Shown here piece after piece: positions 1 through 8,821 of a DNA stretch of 64,000 nucleotides. Each line of letters starts with the position of its first letter. Position 1 is the first letter of the stretch. The translations under genes and the position numbers were made by a program. The notes beneath the pieces were generated by a model that did no database searches, was not told where the DNA came from, and worked only from the letters and a program-made list of their open reading frames with translations. The stretch is from Alphaproteobacteria bacterium (GTDB lineage: Bacteria; Pseudomonadota; Alphaproteobacteria; SP197): positions 2,656,001-2,720,000 of the forward strand of contig OZ219747.1 in the NCBI GenBank assembly GCA_964291265.2. The letters run 5' to 3'.

Positions 1-1
1 C

Positions 2-637
2 ACCCATATCTCCGCGCGCATTCCGGGAACCGATGACGTGCTCTTCAACCCCTATGGAGTGCTGTTCGACCAGATCACGGCGAGTTCACTGGCAAGAGTC
101 GACAGCGGTGGCGAAGGCAACATCAATCCGGCCGGATTTCTCATTCACCGTGCCATCCATGATGCCAGGCCTGACATTCACTGTGTTCTCCACACTCACA
201 CACGGGCCGGCAATGCCGTGGCCATGCAGGAGGCCGGATTGTTGCCGCTCAGTCAGAAGGCCCTCATCCTGATGGGCTGGATAGGCTACCACGACTTCGA
301 GGGTGTGGTTCTCGACGCCGGCGAACAGCAACGCCTTGTCCGTGACCTCGACGACAACATGATTCTTGTCCTGCGCAACCACGGTCTGCTGACATGCGGT
401 GAGAGTGTCGCGGCGGCGTTTGTGTGGATGCACCGCATGGAAGCCGCCTGCCGGTATCAGGTCGACGGCATGGCGGGTGGAACGCCGCTTCGCTATCCGG
501 ATGAAGGCGTTCAGGAGAAGACCATCGAGCAGGGCCGCCGCATACTCTCCAACTCGGGCCATGCGCGCTCGGGCATGGAGTGGTCGTCGTTGCTCACACA
601 GCTCGAACGGGAACGCGGGAACGCTTGGCGGACGTGA
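2..637 (+). CDS. Class II aldolase/adducin family protein (5' truncated by window edge)
   Basis: THISAR at start, IH..IH..RPD...VLHTHT and LRNHG motifs; frame open from position 2. Confidence 0.88.
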   Translation, partial: THISARIPGTDDVLFNPYGVLFDQITASSLARVDSGGEGNINPAGFLIHRAIHDARPDIHCVLHTHTRAGNAVAMQEAGLLPLSQKALILMGWIGYHDFEGVVLDAGEQQRLVRDLDDNMILVLRNHGLLTCGESVAAAFVWMHRMEAACRYQVDGMAGGTPLRYPDEGVQEKTIEQGRRILSNSGHARSGMEWSSLLTQLERERGNAWRT

Positions 638-640
638 TTC

Positions 641-1402
641 TCATGCGGCGGTGAGGCCGCCGTCGATGACGAATTCGGCACCGGTGACGAACCGGCTCTC
701 GTTGCCGGCAAGGTAGAGAATCATGTCGGCAACTTCACGCGCCCCGCCCAGGCGGCCGAGAGGGATCTGTGCCTCGAGTTTCCTGCGGGTGTTCTCCGGG
801 TCGCGGCTGCGCTGGATGAGCGAGTCCACCATCGGTGTCTCGATGAACGCCGGATGCACCGAGTTGCAGCGGATGTCGTAGCGTTTGCGGGCGCAGTGGA
901 GAGCCACGGACTTGGTGAGCAGGCGCACCGCGCCCTTGCTCGCGTTGTAGGCGGCAAGGTTGTGACCGCCGACAAGACCTGAAACGGAAGAGAGATTGAT
1001 GATCGATCCTCCGCCGGACTGTTTCATGGCGGTGACCGCGTGCTTGCATCCCAGGAAAGTCCCGTCGGCATTGACGGCCATGACCTGGCGCCAGTCCTCA
1101 AGTGTCGTTTCCTCGACGTTGGAGGAGCGCCCTGTTCCGGCACTGTTGACGAGGACCGCAATGGGTCCGTTGACGTTCCCGGCTTCGGCGATCGCCGCCT
1201 TCCATGAGTTCTCGCAGGTCACGTCGTGGTGGATGGCGCACACTGACTGTCCCAGGGGACCGGCGGCCCCGGCCAGCGCCAGTTCGTCGATGTCGCTCAT
1301 CGCCACCCGGGCACCTTCCTCGAGAAGGCGGTGAACGGTCAGCAAACCGATCCCGGATGCGGCGCCGGTGACCAGTGCCGACGTTCCTGTGAACCGTCCC
1401 AT
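641..1402 (-). CDS. SDR family NAD(P)-dependent oxidoreductase
   Basis: TGAASGIG, NSAG, YNASK, IDGG motifs. Confidence 0.92.
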   Translation of the reverse strand: MGRFTGTSALVTGAASGIGLLTVHRLLEEGARVAMSDIDELALAGAAGPLGQSVCAIHHDVTCENSWKAAIAEAGNVNGPIAVLVNSAGTGRSSNVEETTLEDWRQVMAVNADGTFLGCKHAVTAMKQSGGGSIINLSSVSGLVGGHNLAAYNASKGAVRLLTKSVALHCARKRYDIRCNSVHPAFIETPMVDSLIQRSRDPENTRRKLEAQIPLGRLGGAREVADMILYLAGNESRFVTGAEFVIDGGLTAA

Positions 1403-1533
1403 GGCCTTTCAATCTCCATGCCGCCGCAGGCAGCGACGATAGGCGAGGCGACGGCGGTACGGCAACCATCGACCGTTGCAGCTGCTTTCAGGAGGGCGCA
1501 CCATGAACCTTCCGACAGTCGGAGAAAGAACCC

Positions 1534-2292
1534 GTGACACGCGGCATGGATGACAAGGTGGCCCTCGTGACCGGGGGTGGATCGGGGATAGGCGAGGCGG
1601 CTGCACAGCGTCTGGCGGGCGAGGGCGCCAGGGTCTTCATCGTCGGACGCCGCCTGGAGCGGCTCACGGCTGTCGCCGACCGTATAGGGGCCACAGGCGG
1701 CATCATCAAGTGCTGCTCCGTCGATCTCTCCACGAGAACCGGCGGCAGCGAGGCCGTTGCCGCGGCAGTCGCCTGGGGAGGCCGGCTCGATATTCTCGTC
1801 AACGCTGCCGGCACCTTTCCGGCGACGCCTGTCGACAATCTCGACGATGACGACTGGGAGGATGCGCTTGCCATCAATCTTGGCGCCGTCATGAGGACAT
1901 CGCGGGCCGCTGCACGAACGATGTCTGCAAGCGGTGGAGCGATTGTCAACGTCGCGTCGGTCAATGCCGTCATGGGGGACAAGGTCTCGGTCTGCAGCGC
2001 CTACAGCGCTGCCAAGTCGGGACAACTGGGTCTCACGATGCAGTTTGCCGCCGAACTCGCGCCTCGCATCCGGGTGAATGCCATCCTGCCCGGGCCGGTG
2101 GCGACACCCACGCTCGAAGGGTGGCTCGACGATCCAGAGGAGCGCCGCACCTGGCTGGAACGATTCGTTCCTCTCAACCGTCTGGGGGATCCTGCGGAGA
2201 TAGCCGCAGCGGTGGCCTTTCTCGTTTCGGATGACGGCGCCTACATCACCGGTGCCGTCCTCCCCGTCGACGGAGACATGACCATTGTCTGA
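1534..2292 (+). CDS. SDR family NAD(P)-dependent oxidoreductase
   Basis: TGGGSGIG, NAAG, YSAAK, PG, VDG motifs. Confidence 0.92.
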   Translation: MTRGMDDKVALVTGGGSGIGEAAAQRLAGEGARVFIVGRRLERLTAVADRIGATGGIIKCCSVDLSTRTGGSEAVAAAVAWGGRLDILVNAAGTFPATPVDNLDDDDWEDALAINLGAVMRTSRAAARTMSASGGAIVNVASVNAVMGDKVSVCSAYSAAKSGQLGLTMQFAAELAPRIRVNAILPGPVATPTLEGWLDDPEERRTWLERFVPLNRLGDPAEIAAAVAFLVSDDGAYITGAVLPVDGDMTIV

Positions 2293-2965
2293 AGACAAGA
2301 CCACGTTCCTTGTGCGCGATGATCTGGTGGCGCCTGGCGCTCCGTGGTCCGGCATCGTGCGTCGTGGCGAGGTGCTGCGGATCATCGATCTGGAGGGTCG
2401 CCAGGGGGTCGACTTCCTGTGCTACAATGCGGCTGATCCGGCGGAGCGCTATCACGCGCCCAACACCGTCAAGAAGAGCGGAACGCTGCGGCTGACCCAA
2501 GGTCATGTGCTCTATTCCGATCGGGCACGTCCGCTCTTCACCGTCGTTGCCGACACCTGCGGCTATCACGACACCATCGCCGGCTGCTGCAGCGAATCCT
2601 CCAACGCGATGCTTTACGGTGTGAGAGGCATGCCCGGGTGCCGGGAGAACTTCCTGAAGGCGTTGGCGCCACACGGCCTGGGCTGGCGGGACATCGTTTC
2701 CAACGTGAACTTCTTCTGCCACGTTCCCGTCAGCGACGAGTTCCTGCTGGCGGAACGCACCTTCGTCGACAGCCCGTCCGCACCGGGCGACCGGGTTGAT
2801 CTCAGGGCCGAGCGTGATGTTCTCGCCGTGATCTCCAATTGTCCGCAGGTCAACAACGCGGCGGCCGGCGGCCGGCCGACACCGATTCGCGTCCGGATCA
2901 TCGCTTGCCGACAGGGTGATGCGTGGCATCATGACGCACCGGAACTTGCCGGGAATCAGCCATGA
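2285..2965 (+). CDS. Urea carboxylase-associated family protein (DUF1989)
   Basis: LRIIDLEGRQGVD, HDTIAGCC, GCRENF, ISNCPQVNN motifs. Confidence 0.88.
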   Translation: MSEDKTTFLVRDDLVAPGAPWSGIVRRGEVLRIIDLEGRQGVDFLCYNAADPAERYHAPNTVKKSGTLRLTQGHVLYSDRARPLFTVVADTCGYHDTIAGCCSESSNAMLYGVRGMPGCRENFLKALAPHGLGWRDIVSNVNFFCHVPVSDEFLLAERTFVDSPSAPGDRVDLRAERDVLAVISNCPQVNNAAAGGRPTPIRVRIIACRQGDAWHHDAPELAGNQP

Positions 2966-3744
2966 CCTTCCGCATTGCCGACACCTGGTTCGAGCGCCGA
3001 CGGATTGATGATGACATCACGCTCGTCTTCGAGCCCCATGTCGACCCGCTGGGGCGTTGCAACATCTGGCACGTCCGCGGATCCGAGGCCGATCTCCTGG
3101 TCGATACGGGCATGGGCATTGCCGAACTCAAGCCGGCAATTGCCGATCTCTTCGGACATGCCGTCATTGCCTTTGCCACGCACACGCACTTCGATCATGT
3201 CGGCGGACTCCACGAGTTCTCCCATCGCGTGGTGTCGCGCCAGGAGGCCGCCAGCATGGAGGACGGCGACAACCGATTCTCCCTCTTCAAGGAAGACATG
3301 GAACCGGATGTCGTGGATTGCCTGGAGAATGCGGGCTACGCACTGCCGGAATGCCTCATCGATGCGCTTCCCCATGCCGGTTACGATGCCAGGGCCTACC
3401 GGGTCGCACCGGCACGACCAACCCGCATCGTTGATGAGGGAGACGTGGTCTCCATCGGCAACCGGCATTTCGAGGTGCTGCACCTTCCCGGCCATTCCCC
3501 GGGCAGTGTCGGCTTGTGGGAGGAGCGGACGGGGACTCTCTTTTCGGGTGACGCGGTCTATGATGGACCGCTTCTCGACCAGTTGCCGGAATCCGATGTG
3601 ACCGCCTATTGCCGGACCATGGAGCGACTGATGACACTGCCCGTGTCGGTCGTTCATGCGGGCCACGAACCAAGCTTCGGCAGGGAACGTCTTGTCGAGC
3701 TGACCCGTGCCTACCTTGACTCGCGGATGCACCGGGGGGCGTGA
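2962..3744 (+). CDS. MBL-fold metallo-hydrolase
   Basis: THTHFDHVGG, PGHSPG, FSGD, AGH motifs. Confidence 0.92.
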   Translation: MTFRIADTWFERRRIDDDITLVFEPHVDPLGRCNIWHVRGSEADLLVDTGMGIAELKPAIADLFGHAVIAFATHTHFDHVGGLHEFSHRVVSRQEAASMEDGDNRFSLFKEDMEPDVVDCLENAGYALPECLIDALPHAGYDARAYRVAPARPTRIVDEGDVVSIGNRHFEVLHLPGHSPGSVGLWEERTGTLFSGDAVYDGPLLDQLPESDVTAYCRTMERLMTLPVSVVHAGHEPSFGRERLVELTRAYLDSRMHRGA

Positions 3745-3748
3745 AGCC

Positions 3749-5398
3749 ATGGACGGCTACTTCGATCTCGGTGCATTCCACATGCCGATCACCACAACCT
3801 CCGAAGAGGCCCAGACCTGGTTCGACCGCGGCCTTGCCTGGTGTTACGGCTTCAACCACGAAGAGGCGCTCCTTTGCTTCCGCAAGGCGCTTGAACACGA
3901 TCCCGATTGCGCCATGGCGCACTGGGGTGTCGCCTTTGCCAGTGGACCGAACTACAACAAGCTGTGGGCGGACTTCGGTGACGCCGAGCGTGAGGAGTGC
4001 GTGGCCCGGGCACGCGCCGCGAGTCGCAGGGCCCTTGTCTGCGCGACCGCTGCGAGCGATGTCGAGAAGGGGCTTGCCGCGGCGCTCGTGGCGCGGTTTC
4101 CCGATGACCCGGCAGATGACTGGCCATCCTGGGACGACGCCTATGCGGCGGCCATGCGAGAGGTCCATCGCCCGCACGCGGACCATCCGGATGTCTGTGC
4201 GCTCCTTGCCGATGCCCTCATGAACCGGACCCCCTGGAAACTCTGGGATCTCGAGACCGGCGAGCCGGCGGCGGATTCGGACACCCTCGAGGCCATCGAG
4301 GTGCTCGAGACGGCGCTCGCCAGGATAGATGGCGCCTGGCGCCATCCGGGGATCCTCCACATGCACATCCATGTCATGGAGATGTCTCCGCATCCCGAAA
4401 GGGCTCTCAGGACGGCCGACGCCCTCCATGGCCTCACCCCCGATTCAGGCCACCTCAACCACATGCCGACCCATATTGACGTGCTGTGTGGCGACTATCA
4501 GACCGTGGTCGAGCGCAACCAGCGGGCGATCATCGCCGATCGCGCCTACGTGGAGCGGCGCGGGGTCTTCAACTTCTACTCGGGCTACCGCGCCCACGAC
4601 TATCATTTCAAGGCCTATGGAGCGATGTTTCTGGGACAACTCCAACCGGCGATCGAAGCCGCGGAGGAGATGGTCTCGACCTTGCCCGCGGAGCTTCTCG
4701 CCTCGGGCGATCCGCCCCTTGCCGACTGGCTGGAGGGATATGTTCCGATAAGGCAGCACGTGCTCATTCGTTTCGGGCGCTGGCAGGACATTCTCGACGA
4801 CCCCCTGCCCGACGATCAGGCTCTCTACTGCGTCACCACCGCGACCATGCGCTACGCTCGTGGCGTGGCCCTTTCGGCCACGGGCCGGGTCGATGAGGCG
4901 GAGGTCGAACAGCAGCGGTTTCTCGAAGCGCGGGACCGGGTGCCGGACACCCGCAAGCAGTTTCACAACACGTGCCTCAGCGTTCTCCAGGTCGCCGGCG
5001 AAATGCTCTCCGGTGAGCTCGAGTACCGCAAGGGCAATCTCGATGCGGCCTTCGCCCACCTGAGGCGTTCCGTCGTTCTCGACGACACCCTCGAATACGA
5101 TGAGCCGTGGGCATGGATGCAGCCCACCCGTCATGCACTGGGAGCCCTGTTGCTCGAACAGGGCGAGGTGGATGAGGCCGAGGCGATCTACCGCGCCGAC
5201 CTCGGTCTCGACGACAGCCTGCGCCGGCCCTGTCAGCACCCTGACAACGTGTGGAGCCTGCACGGCCTCCACGAGTGCCTCTCGCACCGCGGCGAGACCG
5301 TTGAACTCCGCCACGTCAGGAGACGCCTCGATCGCGCCATGGCCCGCGCCGACGTCAACATCAGAGCCTCCTGCTACTGCCGCCTGGCGGACCCCTGA
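3749..5398 (+). CDS. Tetratricopeptide-repeat-like protein
   Basis: AQTWFDRGL..YGFNHEEA, HMPTHI, DEPWAWMQPTRHALG, SCYC end; helical TPR-like conserved family; ATG at 3749. Confidence 0.8.
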   Translation: MDGYFDLGAFHMPITTTSEEAQTWFDRGLAWCYGFNHEEALLCFRKALEHDPDCAMAHWGVAFASGPNYNKLWADFGDAEREECVARARAASRRALVCATAASDVEKGLAAALVARFPDDPADDWPSWDDAYAAAMREVHRPHADHPDVCALLADALMNRTPWKLWDLETGEPAADSDTLEAIEVLETALARIDGAWRHPGILHMHIHVMEMSPHPERALRTADALHGLTPDSGHLNHMPTHIDVLCGDYQTVVERNQRAIIADRAYVERRGVFNFYSGYRAHDYHFKAYGAMFLGQLQPAIEAAEEMVSTLPAELLASGDPPLADWLEGYVPIRQHVLIRFGRWQDILDDPLPDDQALYCVTTATMRYARGVALSATGRVDEAEVEQQRFLEARDRVPDTRKQFHNTCLSVLQVAGEMLSGELEYRKGNLDAAFAHLRRSVVLDDTLEYDEPWAWMQPTRHALGALLLEQGEVDEAEAIYRADLGLDDSLRRPCQHPDNVWSLHGLHECLSHRGETVELRHVRRRLDRAMARADVNIRASCYCRLADP

Positions 5399-5775
5399 AG
5401 CGGGGCTCTCCTGACCGAGGGATACCGTTTGAGTCTTTCCTGACAGCACCGCATCGCAAGGGAATCCGATCAGGTTGCGATACAGTCTGCAGCGTTGAAG
5501 TGGTTCCGGGATCTCCGCCGGGCCGTTCAATCGGACATGCTCAGCTCGCCGCTCATGAGGCCGTACATGGTGGTCCATGACCTCGGAGTTGCCCACGTCC
5601 GGTTGACCCGAACCCGCTCATCCGGTCATCGGCAGCGGGCGAGTGACGGTGACAGGAGAAGAGCTCAGACCCGAACGCCGTCAGGCCAAGCGATCATCAA
5701 TGATCAGTCGGGGTGAGCAGCCATCAGCATTCAAGAGTAACTGGAAGCGGGCGGTTCCGTCCAAGCGCTCAGCAG

Positions 5776-6570
5776 TCAGCCTCGATAGGGCACCTTGATG
5801 TTTTGCGCCTCCCCGGTCAGCAACAACCGCGCCCATCTTGACTTGCGGTACAGTCTGATGAGTTCGTTGGCCTTCCAATGCTTCCGGCCCCGTACATTTC
5901 GCAGAAGGTACTGGTTCATCGGGCTTTCCGTATCGGAGTCCTTGAGATTGTGAGGCGGATGCCTTATAGCACCCGGAAGCATCTGGAGCGGCCGTGCCCA
6001 GCGGGCCAGGCCAGACTCCACCATGTTGAACAGCACGACATCTATCGGCATCGACAATCCGATTTCGAGAATCCGTTCGGCCGTGGCGCGGTCGATCAGG
6101 TATCCGTAGGCCCCCCCCCCCCCCCACCTTTGCGCCTTCTATCGGGCGAAGCGCACGCCCGTCAGGCGTATGGCCCACGGGCTGGCCGAGACAGTACCCC
6201 CGGTCCTGCCTCAGAGCACTCGACACGTTCACGACGCCGTGGCCGCGCGGCCACCATTCAATGGCGTCAAGAAGCAGCGGGACGGACGCGCCGATCTCGG
6301 CATCATCTTCAAGAATCAGTGCCGCTCGGGCCGAGGTGGCAAGGAGTTCTTCATATGCCTTGTGGTGGCTCAACGCGCACCCGACATGGCCCGGTCCCAT
6401 GATATGGAGTGCGTCGTGGTGGTCGTTGGTCAGAAAGCGTCCATCTATGGCAGCGACCCGCGTTGCAGGGAGGCCAATGCGGTCGAGATTCGCCGATATT
6501 GTCTGCCACCTGTCCGGGCGACGGTCCAGATTAATGACGTATACCGGCAACGGCATGGACATGGACTGCA
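5776..6570 (-). pseudogene. Glycosyltransferase family 25 (Lic2A/Lex2B-like), frameshifted at a G15 tract
   Basis: YVINLDRRPDR, AIDG, GCALSH, ILEDDA in the first frame; AYGYLID...PIDVVLF continues in another frame after the homopolymer at 6111-6125; start approximate. Confidence 0.85.
6111..6125 (-). repeat. Poly-G15 homopolymer (C15 on + strand) inside the GT25 gene
   Basis: 15 consecutive C counted directly. Confidence 0.95.
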
Positions 6571-7382
6571 TTCGCCACTCGACGCACCATCCGGCACTGG
6601 GCCATTGCCATCGCACATGAGGTTGTCACGAGGCAAGCGTTCGGCCACGCGGTGTTTGGGAAAATGCCAGCACTGAACGAGTGCAGGCGAGTCCCGGGGC
6701 AGTGCATAGTTGCCACCGTCATCCGCATCATCGCACTTTGACCGAACGCTTACAATATGTCCATGCTGAGAACTTGGCTCATCTGTGCACTATTGCCTTC
6801 ATTCAAGGAATCTAGACAGGCCGTTGTGTATTCGGGGCGTTCGCGCCCCGGCCTCATTGAAGCGATCCCTTTCTTGCCTACTGGAGCAAACCCGCTGGTG
6901 CGCTGCCGCTCCGCAAGGGGGAGAACAGGATTCAACGGGACATGCCTGCCGATTCAAGGCGCCAGCCAAGGGCAAGCGATATCGACTGGGCGGTCTCCAG
7001 CAGTTTCTCGAGGAGTTGATTGCGCTTTTCGTTGCTTGTCATCGTCGACTTTCTTGTGACGAAACACACGCATGCGACAACCTCGCCTCTGCGGTCGAAG
7101 ACAGGAGCAGCGTAAGCGTTCGGCCGTTCGGTGATGGCTGATTTTGGTTGGTTTGGGTCTTGCTGACTATCGTCTGAGAAAGAGCTGGTAAACTCGTTTG
7201 GTCTCGATTATGGTCGAGGCCATGAAGACTTTTGCCGAGACGCGCGGAGCGACACAGCAGCTGACGGGAGGTGGTGACGGCCTATGTCGGGCGTCAGTGG
7301 CCTTGTCATGCGAGGCGCCTGACTGGCGTGCGCTCTATGAGGCGGAGCGGGTTCGTGCGGATGCGGCGGAAGCGCGTATGCG

Positions 7383-8037
7383 GTGTGCCAGGCGAACTGG
7401 CGGAAGGTAGGGGGTGAAAGTCCCCTGGAACGAAGGAGTAACCAAACCACGTTTCTCCGCGAGCCGTGCGTCGGTTCCCGCGAGGGGGCAGGCGAAGCGT
7501 CGGTAGCGGTACGGATGGGCAGGGCTAATGAGCACCGAAAAAGCTATCATCCGGGGTGCCGAGGCTTTCGCATTGGTCGAAGGCAACATCGCAGGCATCG
7601 ATTTGGTGAGATGTCGGCGAGCGGTGTCAGAGAACCCATGCACGTCCGCACGCCTTCTGTTGGGACCCTGGGAGATCTTCAAACCGTCCCGCCGGTTGTG
7701 GCGGGACCGCATGGGGAAGGAGAAAACCGAAGCCTATGATGTACGGTTTGAAGAAGTCGGATGAGGCCGTAGTACCTGTGAAGGCGGCGAACAAGGAAGC
7801 GTTAGCTTCTGCGGAGTCGCTGGAGGAAAGGGCCTCAACCAAGGGGAATCCGGGACGCTAAAGCACGCACCGAACGCAGTGTCGGGCAAGCGTGCCACAG
7901 GCGGCGGATCGGATACGGGAAGCCGCAGGCTAGTCCAGTGGTTTGCCGTCCAGTACCCGAGGTAGGAGCCGGATGGATTAACGTCCACGTCCGGATCTGC
8001 GCGGGGGGTGCGCAGCAATGCGCATCCCTACCGCGTC
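7383..8037 (+). ncRNA. ORF-less group II mini-intron copy 1 (655 nt)
   Basis: 5' GTGTG; domain V GAGCCGGATGGATTAACGTCCACGTCCGGATC; domain VI with bulged A; colinear with the full-length intron except most of the RT ORF is missing; 5-nt deletion relative to copies 2 and 3. Confidence 0.9.
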
Positions 8038-8821
8038 TGACCTGCGCCGTGCGAAGAATTCTGCCCGTGCCCGTGCGGGCACATTCAAGTTTCATCTCGA
8101 CCGCACTCGTGATCAGCTCAAGGAGGCTCGCCGGGAGGTGAAGCGTGGACAGGCCCGAGCGGAGGCGCTGGAGCAGGAAAGGGACGCTCTGAAGCTCAAG
8201 AACGCTGAACAGGCGAGCGAGCTGAGGAATCTCCGCGGGACGCGTGCCAAGCACGCGACGGCGCGCTTCGGGTCGAAGAGCGAGAAACGGAAGAAGAAGG
8301 AAGGCACCGGGAACAAGCGGGGTCAGCAACCCGGCAAGAGCGGCCACGGGCGCACTCCGCGTCCGAAGCTCAAGGAGAAGCACGAACGCCATGATCCACC
8401 GGCATCGCAGCGCACGTGCCCGTGTTGCGGCGAGCCCTATGTGGCCAACGGCAGCCACGAGACCTCGATCATGGAGGTCCATGTCAAGGCTCATATCCGG
8501 CGGATTGAACGTGGGCGTTGGCGCCGTGGTTGTCAGTGTTCGTCGGCGCCTGCGGAGATCATCGCGCCGCCACCTTTGCGCTTGCTTGCGAATACCCCCT
8601 TCGGCATCAGTGTCTGGGAATGCGTGCTCTATGAGCGCTTCGCCTGCTTGCGTCCCCTGCGCCGGGTCTCGCGATGGCTGGAAGACCAGGGACTGCCGAT
8701 GGCGCCGGGAACGATCGCTGGCGGCATGAAGAAGATGACGCCGATGTTCGCGCCTCTCGCTCAGGCCATCCTCGATCATCAGAACCGGCTGACGGTGCGC
8801 CACGGCGACGAGACCAGCTGG

